This document shows positions 1-9,780 of a DNA stretch of 60,820 nt, one piece after another. Within the stretch, counting starts at the first letter, position 1. Every line of letters begins with the position of its first letter. The notes beneath the pieces were generated by a model, which was not told where the DNA came from, ran no database searches, and saw only the letters and a program-made list of their open reading frames with translations. This DNA comes from an uncultured Gammaproteobacteria bacterium (lineage in GTDB: Bacteria > Patescibacteriota > Microgenomatia > UBA10105 > UBA927), in assembly GCA_964430295.1 (NCBI GenBank), contig CAYSEV010000004.1, forward strand, positions 1-60,820, in the 5' to 3' direction. The position numbers were made by a program, and so were the translations under genes.

Positions 1-339
1 ATCATCCGGCATAGAAAACCGTGTTGCGTAGTGTTTCATACCGACAGCCGCTTCAACGGGATCGATTAATTCTTTTGCAGTTCCTTCAAATTGGATACCT
101 TCCACATCATCTCCGGGTGTGTGTGGTAATACTATCGCCCCAGACACATACGGATTATGTGTGATCTCTTTTGAATGTCGTCTTGTTTTGCTGGAAATCC
201 AGTATAAAGACAACTGTTCGTCATATGCAAAATACACACTACATACCCATGGTTTGTTTTCATATGCTGTTGCGACTTGCATGAGCACAGCTTTTCCCAT
301 ATATTGCTCTATCAATGATCTGATATTCGTCTGTGTCAT
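1..339 (-). CDS. pyridoxamine 5'-phosphate oxidase-like FMN-binding protein; C-terminus lies outside the window
   Basis: Absent from the ORF track because no stop falls in the window. Hand translation of the minus strand from ATG (339-337) gives MTQTNIRSLIEQYMGKAVLMQVATAYENKPWVCSVYFAYDEQLSLYWISSKTRRHSKEITHNPYVSGAIVLPHTPGDDVEGIQFEGTAKELIDPVEAAVGMKHYATRFSMPDD, open to position 1. It looks like the PNPOx/general-stress-26 split-barrel family. ATGA start/stop overlap with the upstream LOG gene. Confidence 0.5.
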   Translation of the reverse strand, partial: MTQTNIRSLIEQYMGKAVLMQVATAYENKPWVCSVYFAYDEQLSLYWISSKTRRHSKEITHNPYVSGAIVLPHTPGDDVEGIQFEGTAKELIDPVEAAVGMKHYATRFSMPDD

Positions 340-872
340 ATGTTTTTTGATATATATTCAACTGCGTCTTTTGGCATAGTGACTATATGAATTAAATCAT
401 CGATAGGCGAGTTAATAAAACCCTCATCATGCATTTTTTGCAATTGTGCATAGAAATTATCATAAAAACCATTTGTATTAATAATAACCACAGGTTTTTT
501 ATGTACTCCCTGTTTTTTTAGCTCTACAATTTCCGCAATTTCATCGAGTGATCCAAGGCCACCTACTAAAAGAATTATGGCATCTGCACGATTCAGAAGC
601 ATGTTTTTCCTCTCTGATAGACTGTTTGTTACAACCATTTCATCTGCATTGCTTCTGGCAACGGCATGAAAATAGGTAACAGATATGCCAATCAGTTTTC
701 CACCGGAGGACTGAACTGAATCAGCAACGACTTTCATAATGCCGGTATTCGATCCTCCCCATACCAAATCAAACCCATGCTCCACCATACGTTTACCTAA
801 TTCTGTAGCAGCATCATTATAGACTTGAGCAACGGTACTAGCGGAGCAAAACACACAAATAGTTTTATTCAT
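336..872 (-). CDS. LOG family protein (TIGR00730-type, cytokinin riboside 5'-monophosphate phosphoribohydrolase-like)
   Basis: 178-aa ORF with GGxGxxxE motif (VGGLGSLDEIAEI) and PVVIINTNGFYD, both typical of the LOG family. Confidence 0.8.
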   Translation of the reverse strand: MNKTICVFCSASTVAQVYNDAATELGKRMVEHGFDLVWGGSNTGIMKVVADSVQSSGGKLIGISVTYFHAVARSNADEMVVTNSLSERKNMLLNRADAIILLVGGLGSLDEIAEIVELKKQGVHKKPVVIINTNGFYDNFYAQLQKMHDEGFINSPIDDLIHIVTMPKDAVEYISKNI

Positions 873-879
873 ACGGGTA

Positions 880-1989
880 TTATACAGAAAAATGATTGTG
901 AAATTTAGAAGCCAAAAATGCCGTTATGGGCACTGCCGCAACGAGCCCTATACTTCCAGAAAGTGTTCGAACAACTTCCTCCATAATGATCTCGCTATTG
1001 AGAACTACCCACAGAGGAACATGAGTAGGGTTCAGCACAAGTATAATAAAAACTGGGAGTGCAGCGCCTGCATACGCCAACACCAGGGTGTTTACTAACG
1101 AAACAATATGTTCTTTACCCACTTCTAAACCAGAGCGAAGAAGAGATGAGAACGATAACGCAGGATTTGCTTTCACAAGTTCAGAGACAGATGCTGTAAG
1201 ACCTGTTGTTACATCATCTAGAACACCGAGCGTACCGATAATAATTCCTCCCAAGAGAAGCCCTTTTGGGTTAATCGATTGTGTGGCACCTAACTTTAAT
1301 GCATACGCATCTTCTGTACCCAATCCGGTTAAATGAGCTAGTTTCACAGATATCACAGTAAGAATTCCAGTTATACATAAAGAGATAAATGTGGCAACGA
1401 TCGATATGGTTGTCTTTCGTGAAAAGCCGTGTGCCAAATACATTGTCACTATCATGATACCAACACCACCTGAAATACTGATAAGGAGCGGGTCACGTCC
1501 TGCAATAATTTGAGGAACAATGTACACGATAATGACGCCTAAACTACATAACATACCGATAATTGCACCAAAGCCCCGCCAACCGCTTAAAACCAAAATT
1601 GCAGCAAAAAATATAAGTATGATGCTGCCAATCTGATCCAACCGATAGGCGTCAACAATCTGATAGGTAGAGTTTCCTTCGCTTCCGATTCCAAGTGTTA
1701 CAACAACTAGCTGTCCTTTATTCACAAGCTGATTTTTATCCAAACTATATCCCACACCATGTTCTATAGTGAGAGACTTTCCGGCGATATCACCATCAAG
1801 TATTTTTACCACTACTTTTTGGTACGGATTAGAAAGCCCAAACTCTTTTTTTTCACCGGATTCTTTGATCTCTAGTACTTCAGCTTTATAATATGGTTGT
1901 TCTTTTGGTTGACCTGACTGCGCAAATACAACAGACGGAATACATATCACTACAAATACGAAAATAAACAAAAAACCAAATTTTTTCAT
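880..1989 (-). CDS. YibE/F-like polytopic membrane protein
   Basis: 369-aa ORF with an N-terminal signal/TM, a ~110-aa external domain and then about seven hydrophobic helices. The family assignment is from memory only. Confidence 0.45.
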   Translation of the reverse strand: MKKFGFLFIFVFVVICIPSVVFAQSGQPKEQPYYKAEVLEIKESGEKKEFGLSNPYQKVVVKILDGDIAGKSLTIEHGVGYSLDKNQLVNKGQLVVVTLGIGSEGNSTYQIVDAYRLDQIGSIILIFFAAILVLSGWRGFGAIIGMLCSLGVIIVYIVPQIIAGRDPLLISISGGVGIMIVTMYLAHGFSRKTTISIVATFISLCITGILTVISVKLAHLTGLGTEDAYALKLGATQSINPKGLLLGGIIIGTLGVLDDVTTGLTASVSELVKANPALSFSSLLRSGLEVGKEHIVSLVNTLVLAYAGAALPVFIILVLNPTHVPLWVVLNSEIIMEEVVRTLSGSIGLVAAVPITAFLASKFHNHFSV

Positions 1990-2705
1990 GAAATCTGATA
2001 TGAGACGGTCGTCATCCCATCTTTTTCTATAACAGATACGATAGAAATATGACCGACTTCAGATGTACGTGACACCTGTGTCCCACCATCGGCAACTGAA
2101 CCCACACCTTCAAGAGTCAGTTTTCGCAGTGGCTTATTTGTCGGAAGATTTGGTTGCAGATAAATCGCATCCTTGGACAATTCTTCAAGTGGAACAATGG
2201 CAGTCGAAAGCGTAAGGTTTTTTGCAATAAGTTCGTTCGATTTTTCTTCCAACTCTCTTGCAATATCTTTACCCAATACACCTGAGTATACAATGTATGG
2301 CTTTTTCCCATGATCTCCTTTCAGAGGAGAAAGAGTGCTTGGTGAATACCCAAGGAGGAACATTGCAAAATCTACTATATGGCCGCCTGAATGAAGCCGC
2401 ATATTGAGAAATCTGCGATCCCAATTGATAGTTCCATGAAGTATGAGTCCTATGGTCGGTGGTGCCGCTGAATCCACGTAATGCCAAATTTCCCCATCTT
2501 TCATCATCACCTGATACACACTCCCGTTCCAGGAGTCTGAAGTTAGAGTTCCCTGATCCGTTGACTGCCCACCACCCATCGGATAAAACACAGTTTGAGA
2601 CAGGTGCAATCTATAGCGATTTCCCTGTTCGGGAACTACATCAAGTACCTCCGCATCCATTTCTTTTTTGTACGAATCAGATAAATAAAGCTGTTGTGTT
2701 TTCAT
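1986..2705 (-). CDS. free-standing alanyl-tRNA editing protein (AlaX-like)
   Basis: 239-aa ORF with FYPMGGGQSTDQG and an HxxxH motif (H105-SGG-H109), as in the AlaRS/ThrRS second additional domain. The second zinc motif reads DGGTQ instead of CGGTH. Confidence 0.65.
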   Translation of the reverse strand: MKTQQLYLSDSYKKEMDAEVLDVVPEQGNRYRLHLSQTVFYPMGGGQSTDQGTLTSDSWNGSVYQVMMKDGEIWHYVDSAAPPTIGLILHGTINWDRRFLNMRLHSGGHIVDFAMFLLGYSPSTLSPLKGDHGKKPYIVYSGVLGKDIARELEEKSNELIAKNLTLSTAIVPLEELSKDAIYLQPNLPTNKPLRKLTLEGVGSVADGGTQVSRTSEVGHISIVSVIEKDGMTTVSYQIS

Positions 2706-2726
2706 AAGTTCCCTCCTTTAAATGAA

Positions 2727-3494
2727 TTACCACAGTAATTTTATATATTTAAATTTTTCGACATACGTATCCCCCACTTTGGAATCGTTCAATATGAGCT
2801 CGACAATTTCCTGAGTAAATTGACTTTTATGTTGTTCTAATGCGGCTTTTTTAACAGTTATATATGTTGTGTAATCAAAATGGAAGTTGCTGCCATCTTC
2901 GTCTGTTACGAGCAGGTCTAGAACAGTATGCGGTGTAACACCTTCTTTAGCATGGTCAGGAAAAAATGATAAATCACGGGAAAACGGATAAACGGCATCC
3001 AAAACAGCCTCTCCAATCTTTCGGTGATCACGATGTTGGACAAAAAATCCCTCATTATTGTAGGAAGATGTATACATCCGACTCGGTTCATGCGTACATA
3101 CGATATCCGGTTTAAATTTACGTATAACATAGGAGATTTCTCCAATAAGGTTCATATCACTTTCAACTTCCCCGTCTTTATGATTCAAACAGATAAAATG
3201 ATCAGTAGGAACATGCAACAGTGTAAGTGCATCTGACTCCTCTTGAATGCGAATTTTAGAGAGTTGCCCTTCCGTAATCTGATTCTCTCTACTCCCGCGG
3301 GCTCCATTTGTAACAACAACCACATACACATCTTTTTTATCTTCCCGTAATTTTGCGATAAGTCCCGCAAAAAAAACTATACAGTCGTCAGGATGAGCTG
3401 TCACAATTAATGCCGTATTCTTTGTACTGAAAATGTGTTCGTATGAAAACATATTATGCACGATGATATCTAATCCATATACAATTTTTTTCAA
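2727..3494 (-). CDS. PIG-L/LmbE family deacetylase
   Basis: 255-aa ORF with the AHPDD motif (VTAHPDDCIVFFAG). The start could instead be the internal Met at 3452, which would remove the overlap with the upstream gene. Confidence 0.75.
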   Translation of the reverse strand: MKKIVYGLDIIVHNMFSYEHIFSTKNTALIVTAHPDDCIVFFAGLIAKLREDKKDVYVVVVTNGARGSRENQITEGQLSKIRIQEESDALTLLHVPTDHFICLNHKDGEVESDMNLIGEISYVIRKFKPDIVCTHEPSRMYTSSYNNEGFFVQHRDHRKIGEAVLDAVYPFSRDLSFFPDHAKEGVTPHTVLDLLVTDEDGSNFHFDYTTYITVKKAALEQHKSQFTQEIVELILNDSKVGDTYVEKFKYIKLLW

Positions 3495-4167
3495 CAGTAG
3501 TCACACTGTGAATTGTATACGTCTTTGTATTTATGATAGGAGTTTGTTTGCGTTCAAATAGTGACGGTGCAGAACTTTTATTTAATACAGTCGGTGTGAG
3601 TAACATGCTTATCTCATCAACATATCCTGCTTCCATTACCGAACCATTCAATAAACCTCCACCTTCAAGAAGGAGTGTCTCTACACCAAAATTGGCATAT
3701 ATAGCGCTAAACAGTAGCGAGAAATCAATTGTTGATTGTCCAGTGACTATATACGAAATTCCAAGCTGTTTTAAATATGCGAGGTATGATGCAGGAGTAG
3801 ATTTCGTAACTATAATAACCAAGTGCAACGGATCTTTTGCGTTTGTGAGTTGGATAGTATTACTTTTCCATCGTAGTTGACCCTTTGTATCTACTCCGAA
3901 AAAAAACTTTGTTGCAGTATGGGGAGCTAAAAAGTGATCCGCAGAAATGCGATCAGATGTATCATCTAAGGGCTCAGCTGTATTTTTCGCAAACATCTGC
4001 ATAGTTACTCGCCCACACATCCACCCGGTATGTGAGGGCAAGTTATCTTCAGTTTTTGTATATACGTCAAAATAGTCATCCAGAATATCTACACCGTCTC
4101 CACTGGCGATCTTGCCGTCGATGGTGGTCATCATATGGCAAATAATATGAGGGCGTTGTTTATTCAT
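3454..4167 (-). CDS. RibD C-terminal domain / dihydrofolate-reductase-like reductase
   Basis: Contains MTTIDGKIA and LLLEGGGLLNGS motifs. Start placed at the ATG at 4167, 11 nt after the stop of the SDR gene. The longer track ORF would overlap that gene. Confidence 0.7.
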   Translation of the reverse strand: MNKQRPHIICHMMTTIDGKIASGDGVDILDDYFDVYTKTEDNLPSHTGWMCGRVTMQMFAKNTAEPLDDTSDRISADHFLAPHTATKFFFGVDTKGQLRWKSNTIQLTNAKDPLHLVIIVTKSTPASYLAYLKQLGISYIVTGQSTIDFSLLFSAIYANFGVETLLLEGGGLLNGSVMEAGYVDEISMLLTPTVLNKSSAPSLFERKQTPIINTKTYTIHSVTTVEKNCIWIRYHRA

Positions 4168-4177
4168 GAAGATGGGA

Positions 4178-4897
4178 TTAGTCACCGCACGTATATCCAC
4201 CATCTGCGATGATGGTAGCACCATTAATATAACTTGCTTTTTCAGACAGGAGGAATGCAATGATCTCGGCTATTTCTGATGGTTTTCCAATTCTACCAAG
4301 TGGAGTATTTTTTGCGATATTTTGCAGTACAGTTTGCCCGTTTGTGGCAGACAGATCAGTTTCAACCATCCCGGGTGCCACCGCGTTCACTCTCACCTTT
4401 TTGTATGAAAAGATATTGCACAGTGTTTTTGTGAGATTAGCAAGAGCGGCTTTACTTGTTGCGTAAATAACACCACTAAATCCACCAAATACCGTCCCAT
4501 AGATACTTGCGATATTCACAATAGAACCACCATCTTCTATATTCGTTTGCAGCTCCGCAGACAACATAAGGGGTGTTGTTACATGCAGTTGGAGGACCTT
4601 ATCCCAAATCGCCATATCATAGGATTTAAAATTTTCCGGAATATATACACCCGCATTATTTACAATTCCGTATAACGGTACATTCTTAAGCTGTGCAATC
4701 ACACTACTCACCTGTTTTCTATCTGATAAATCCGCTTGTATGAGCACACAGTCGGGCACAGTTTTTTTCAGATCAGCGATAACATCAGCATTGGAAGCAT
4801 GATATACACCATATATGCGATACCCTGACCGTGAAAGCAGTTCTGCCGTTGCACGACCTATGCCTCTTGTGCACCCTGTGATGAGTATGTTTTTCAT
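4178..4897 (-). CDS. SDR family oxidoreductase (FabG-like)
   Basis: Contains TGxxxGIG (ITGCTRGIGRA), NNAG and YxxxK (YATSK). Start placed at MKNILITG (ATG at 4897), just after the secA stop. Confidence 0.8.
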   Translation of the reverse strand: MKNILITGCTRGIGRATAELLSRSGYRIYGVYHASNADVIADLKKTVPDCVLIQADLSDRKQVSSVIAQLKNVPLYGIVNNAGVYIPENFKSYDMAIWDKVLQLHVTTPLMLSAELQTNIEDGGSIVNIASIYGTVFGGFSGVIYATSKAALANLTKTLCNIFSYKKVRVNAVAPGMVETDLSATNGQTVLQNIAKNTPLGRIGKPSEIAEIIAFLLSEKASYINGATIIADGGYTCGD

Positions 4898-4902
4898 ACG
4901 TA

Positions 4903-7623
4903 TCAGCTCAAATTTGGATAATGACACTTTTTGAATTTTTTCCCGCTGCCACACCAGCACGGATCATTCCGGCCAAGTTCTTTTTGTGCATTTACCGTTG
5001 GTTTTTTTGCCACTGGCTCTGCATTTGTTCTCATTTTTTTTGCAGCTTGTGTAATAGTTGTTTCTATTTTTGGTAACTCAGCTGATGCGCCGTTTTTGTT
5101 TGCGATGGCACCCTGTTGGTCTGTCTGTACCTGTACTTTATACACACGGTGCACAATTTCACTGTCTATTGTCGCCATGAGCCTCTCAAACATTGTGAAT
5201 GCCTCATTTTTGTATTCCACGAGTGGATCACGCTGACCATACCCACGAAGACCAATTCCTTCACGCAAATCATCTATACCATCCAAATGATCCATCCATA
5301 AATTATCAATGACATTCAGACTCACCCATCGTTCGATTTGTGCAGATATTTCAGGTGTCATTTGTTTTTCTCGCCCTTCATACATATCAGTGGCTAACTT
5401 TTGCAAAAATTCTGTGATCTCAGAGGATGAATGCATCTGCTCAAGCTGAGTCACAAGCTGATGCTGAGAATTTTCATCAAAAGGGATAATAGAACAGAAT
5501 TCCGTCACAATTTTTTGCCTGTCGAACGTCGTGTCATTTTCTGTTGTGTATGCAGAAACGATCATAGAAACTTCAGCAGAAACACTTTCCAAAATTTTAT
5601 CTCGAAGTGCCTCTCCCTCCAGAATCTTTCTGCGTCGTCTGTATACAATTTCCCGTTGTTTGCTTAGCACATCATCGTACTCAACCAAATGTTTTCTGGA
5701 ATCAAAGTGGAACCCTTCCACTTTAACCTGTGCCTGCTCAATGGCACGGGATACCATAGGATGTTCAAGTGGAACATCTTCCGGCAAATTAAAGGCAGTC
5801 ATAAGTCGTGCTACCTGATCTCCGCCAAACAGTCGCATAATATCGTCTTCCAGAGAAACATAGAATCGTGTAGAACCCGGATCACCCTGACGGCCACTGC
5901 GACCTCTTAACTGGTTATCTATACGGCGAGATTCATGTCGTTCTGTACCTATAACATGCAGTCCTCCGATTGCAAGGACCTCATCATGTCGTTTTTGCCA
6001 TTCCTTTTCTTCTTTTTCCCATTTCTTTTCATCTGCTACTTCCCATTTTTCTCGTCGTGAACCACCTAAAATAATATCAACACCACGACCTGCCATGTTG
6101 GTTGCAACCGTCACTGCACCTTTTTTACCCGCCTCGGCGATGATGGATGCTTCCTGTAAATGGTTTTTTGCATTTAATACCTGATGCGGGATTCCTTTAT
6201 GTTTCAAGAGTTCACTGACAATCTCATTTTTATCTATAGAGGTTGTACCAACCAACACAGGCTGTCCTCTTTTGTAACACTCGGCGATATCATCCGCAAT
6301 GGCACTATATTTTGCCCGTGGAGTTTTATAGACACTATCTCCATAATCCGTACGAGCTACTGTTCTATGTGTAGGGATAGCGATTACGCTCAGGTTATAT
6401 ATTTTCTGAAACTCCTCTGCTTCAGTTGCAGCAGTACCCGTCATACCTGCCAACTTTTCGTACATACGGAAATAATTTTGAAGTGAAACTGTAGCAAGTG
6501 TTTTACTCTCCTGTTGGATCGGCACTCCTTCTTTTGCTTCGATAGCCTGATGAATTCCTTCACTAAATCTCCGTCCGTTTAATAAGCGTCCTGTAAATTC
6601 ATCTACGATAACAACCTGACCATCCTTTACGATGTAATCCTTTTCACGCTGAAATAATGCTCTTGCCTTCAGTGCTGCTTCTATATGATGCACTGTCTCA
6701 AAATCCTTTTCATAAATATTTCCAACACCTAATAGCTTTTCTATTTTCAGAATGCCGTGATCAGTCAAATGTGCGGTTCTGAGTTTTTCATCTACTGCAT
6801 AGTCTGTTTCGCTGTTTAATTTTTTAACAATATTTGCATAGTCATAATACGCATGAGTTGCTTCCATATCTGGAGCGGAAATAATATGAGGAGTCCTGGC
6901 CTCATCGATAAGGACGGAATCCACTTCATCCACAACAGCAAAATGATAGTCACGTTGAACAAGTTGTGAAGAATCGGAGGCCATGTTATCGCGCAAATAG
7001 TCAAAACCAAATTCACTGTTTATACCGTATGTGACATCAGCTTTATATGCTTCTTTTCGGGTAATCGGTCGCAGATGCTTCAGTCTCCAGTCTGCCGCAG
7101 ACGCGTCTTCATATTCAGGATCATAGATAAATGACTGATCACTGATAATAGCGCTCACGGTCATCCCAAGCAGATGGAATACCGGTCCCATCCATCCTGC
7201 ATCGCGGCGTGCCAGATAGTCGTTGACAGTGACAAGGTGAACACCGCGCCCAGTAATAGCATTCAGATAGAGTGCAGGAAGCGCAGAGAGCGTTTTACCC
7301 TCGCCTGTTTTTTGCTCAGCAACATTTCCAAAGTGGAGCGTGAGAGCAGCAATAAGCTGTACATCATAATGCCGTTGACCAATTGATCGAAATGCAGCTT
7401 CACGTACCAGAGCAAATGCCTCAGGAAGAACGGCATCCAATGTTTGTCCGCCAATTATGCGTTCCTTGAATTCTGCAGTCTTTTTCACGAATCCGGCATC
7501 TTTTAGTTTTTTAATTGCCGATTCCTGCGCGTTGATCTGCTCAACAATTTTTCTAAATCTATTGATTTCTTTTTCGTTGCTGTCTAACCATTTTCCGAGG
7601 AATTTAAACATGGTTATCATCAT
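4903..7623 (-). CDS. secA: preprotein translocase ATPase SecA
   Basis: 906-aa ORF with DEAD-like motor motifs (MTGTA, VDEVDSVLIDEARTP, TNMAGRGVDI) and a C-terminal zinc finger CWCGSGKKFKKCH. The true start may be the Met at 7611 (MFKFLGKW). Confidence 0.97.
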   Translation of the reverse strand: MMITMFKFLGKWLDSNEKEINRFRKIVEQINAQESAIKKLKDAGFVKKTAEFKERIIGGQTLDAVLPEAFALVREAAFRSIGQRHYDVQLIAALTLHFGNVAEQKTGEGKTLSALPALYLNAITGRGVHLVTVNDYLARRDAGWMGPVFHLLGMTVSAIISDQSFIYDPEYEDASAADWRLKHLRPITRKEAYKADVTYGINSEFGFDYLRDNMASDSSQLVQRDYHFAVVDEVDSVLIDEARTPHIISAPDMEATHAYYDYANIVKKLNSETDYAVDEKLRTAHLTDHGILKIEKLLGVGNIYEKDFETVHHIEAALKARALFQREKDYIVKDGQVVIVDEFTGRLLNGRRFSEGIHQAIEAKEGVPIQQESKTLATVSLQNYFRMYEKLAGMTGTAATEAEEFQKIYNLSVIAIPTHRTVARTDYGDSVYKTPRAKYSAIADDIAECYKRGQPVLVGTTSIDKNEIVSELLKHKGIPHQVLNAKNHLQEASIIAEAGKKGAVTVATNMAGRGVDIILGGSRREKWEVADEKKWEKEEKEWQKRHDEVLAIGGLHVIGTERHESRRIDNQLRGRSGRQGDPGSTRFYVSLEDDIMRLFGGDQVARLMTAFNLPEDVPLEHPMVSRAIEQAQVKVEGFHFDSRKHLVEYDDVLSKQREIVYRRRRKILEGEALRDKILESVSAEVSMIVSAYTTENDTTFDRQKIVTEFCSIIPFDENSQHQLVTQLEQMHSSSEITEFLQKLATDMYEGREKQMTPEISAQIERWVSLNVIDNLWMDHLDGIDDLREGIGLRGYGQRDPLVEYKNEAFTMFERLMATIDSEIVHRVYKVQVQTDQQGAIANKNGASAELPKIETTITQAAKKMRTNAEPVAKKPTVNAQKELGRNDPCWCGSGKKFKKCHYPNLS

Positions 7624-7661
7624 ACCACAAAATCGAGTTTTTTAAACTGAAAAATCTGATT

Positions 7662-8312
7662 TTATGTGCGGCAATAATAAAAGATGTTTTTATGGTTTGA
7701 TTGCATATCGACCTCTGAAAACAGAGAACGAAGCAGTATCAATAGATCTTGCTTTACCTCTTTTTGATGTGAGTATGAAAAATAGTTAAACATCACACTT
7801 CCACCTGGGCGAAGCAAACGGCTGATATTCACTAAAAAACGTCTGGATCCCACAAAATCCGGAACAGTATTCCCTATGTAGAGATCCACAACAACACAAT
7901 CATATCGGCCATTCAATGTAGAATTTTTTACAAATGATTTTGCATCAGCTATACGATACGTTGTTCGGGAAATGTTTCCAATATCAAAATATGTTTTTGC
8001 CACATGAAGAATCTCTGCATCTATATCTACGCCTGTGATATGGGCTTTACTGTAGAATGTACGAAGCAGACGGAATACATCTCCTCCACCTATCCCAAAC
8101 ACCAGAATGCGACGCATTGGTCCCTGATGCCATGTATATAATCGTTTTACACCGGATCGAAACAGTAGTTGAGGATATCTGCCGCTTTGCGTAATGCCGT
8201 TTACAAGCAGTTTTCTGTTACCAAACGTCTCCACCACTTCAATGACGTCACTGAATATAGATGACCCAGTGTAGAGCTGCCGCTTCATAAGAAACGTGAG
8301 CCAATCCATCAT
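7662..8312 (-). CDS. spermidine-synthase-like SAM-dependent methyltransferase-fold protein
   Basis: 216-aa ORF with VFGIGGGDV (motif I), TGVDIDAEIL and VVVDLY, typical of the spermine/spermidine synthase-like fold. Confidence 0.55.
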   Translation of the reverse strand: MMDWLTFLMKRQLYTGSSIFSDVIEVVETFGNRKLLVNGITQSGRYPQLLFRSGVKRLYTWHQGPMRRILVFGIGGGDVFRLLRTFYSKAHITGVDIDAEILHVAKTYFDIGNISRTTYRIADAKSFVKNSTLNGRYDCVVVDLYIGNTVPDFVGSRRFLVNISRLLRPGGSVMFNYFSYSHQKEVKQDLLILLRSLFSEVDMQSNHKNIFYYCRT

Positions 8313-8330
8313 AGTAGGTACGACTATACT

Positions 8331-9578
8331 CTACCGTCGTATTTCGGTTTTCCCAATAAGTGGTTGTAGAACTTTTGGTACTTTGATTGATCCATCTTTT
8401 TGCTGATAATTTTCCAAGATAGCGATCAAAATTCTTGGAGACGCGATAGCCGTATTATTCAGTGTATGGCAAAATTGTGTTGATCCATCTTTGGCTTTAT
8501 ATCGGATTTTAAGCCTGCGTGCCTGAAAATCTCCCATGATTGAGTTTGACATCGTTTCACCATACGCATTTCTTCCGGGCATCCATGTCTCTATGTCGTA
8601 CTTTTTCACCTGTGGCTCACCCATGTCACCTGTGCACATCAAAAGTACCCGATATGGTAATTCCAGATCTTTCAATACTTCTTCAGAGTTTTGCAGTAAC
8701 TCCTCATGAAGAGTAATAGAATTGTTCATATCGTTTGTTGAGATAATTACCTGTTCGATTTTACTGAATTGATGCAGTCTATAAACCCCTTTTGTATCTT
8801 TACCATAACTTCCGGCTTCACGACGAAAACAGGGTGAAAACGCAACAAATTTTTTGGGTAAATCTTTTTCCTGAAGCACCTCATCACTGAAATACGCTGT
8901 TACAGGAACTTCCGCGGTACCTGCCAGATACTCATCATCTTTTTCCAAATGATACACTTCTTCACGTCCCCACGGGAACTGTCCGTTTCCAAACAAGGTA
9001 AACTCCCGCACTAAACTGGGAGCTATGAGAGGTGTATACCCTTTTCCAATGAGTTTTTGAAATGTATAAAATAATACTGCAAATTCCATTTGTGCAGCTT
9101 CGTTTTTCAAAAAATATGCCCGTGAACCACCTACTTTTGCACCACGATCAAGATCAATAAGATCCAACGATTTTGCCAGATCTATATGATCACGGATAGG
9201 AAAATCAAATTTCGTCGGTTCTCCCCATGTTTTGATTTGCACATTCTCTGATTCGTCCTTGCCGATCGGAACTGAGGGGTCAGGAACATTCGGGACAGTG
9301 TACATTGCCATTTGAAATTTCTCTTCAACTGTACGCAGCTCATCTTCTAATTCCTTCAGCCCTTCTTTGAGCTTTTTCCCCTCTTCACGGACGGCAGGGT
9401 CTTTACCATCTCCTTTGAGCGTATTGCGTTTTGCGCGAAGTACTTCCGATTTTCCAATTAATTCCCGTCGTTTTTCATCTAATGCTAAGAGCGCATCCCA
9501 ATCTACAACACGATTTTTGTTTTTTGCTGCTTCTTTACAAGCTTCTAAATTTTCACGAATAAATTTTATATCTAACAT
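8331..9578 (-). CDS. serS: seryl-tRNA synthetase
   Basis: N-terminal coiled-coil arm plus class II core (FRREAGS, TLNNTAIASPR). Start placed at the ATG at 9578, preceded by AGAGGAGG. The track ORF begins at an upstream GTG. Confidence 0.95.
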   Translation of the reverse strand: MLDIKFIRENLEACKEAAKNKNRVVDWDALLALDEKRRELIGKSEVLRAKRNTLKGDGKDPAVREEGKKLKEGLKELEDELRTVEEKFQMAMYTVPNVPDPSVPIGKDESENVQIKTWGEPTKFDFPIRDHIDLAKSLDLIDLDRGAKVGGSRAYFLKNEAAQMEFAVLFYTFQKLIGKGYTPLIAPSLVREFTLFGNGQFPWGREEVYHLEKDDEYLAGTAEVPVTAYFSDEVLQEKDLPKKFVAFSPCFRREAGSYGKDTKGVYRLHQFSKIEQVIISTNDMNNSITLHEELLQNSEEVLKDLELPYRVLLMCTGDMGEPQVKKYDIETWMPGRNAYGETMSNSIMGDFQARRLKIRYKAKDGSTQFCHTLNNTAIASPRILIAILENYQQKDGSIKVPKVLQPLIGKTEIRR

Positions 9579-9753
9579 ACTGCCTCCTCTTAGAAACACG
9601 TATTTTTTTTACAAAAAATACTAGTGCTTCTTAGATCCTCCGTAGCTTCAGGCAAAGAAGGATAAAACATTAATACGATCCACCGACGCCAAGGCTATGG
9701 TGGATTTATGGTTTCTAGACTCGTGAATATGAATTCACTTGTCAAGCAACCAT

Positions 9754-9780
9754 AAAAAAAACACGCAATACTCTTGCGTG
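9754..9780 (-). terminator. intrinsic terminator (7-bp stem CACGCAA/TTGCGTG followed by T8 on the minus strand)
   Basis: Plus strand reads AAAAAAAA-CACGCAA-TACTC-TTGCGTG. On the minus strand the hairpin is followed by eight T. It lies about 155 nt downstream of the rdgB stop. Confidence 0.7.

Noticed and set aside
4931-7645. Numerous 60-100-aa ORFs on the plus strand within secA (e.g. 4931-5236, 5531-5818, 6184-6486)
   Set aside because: They lie antisense to a highly conserved, uninterrupted secA reading frame. They are low-complexity translations without motifs.
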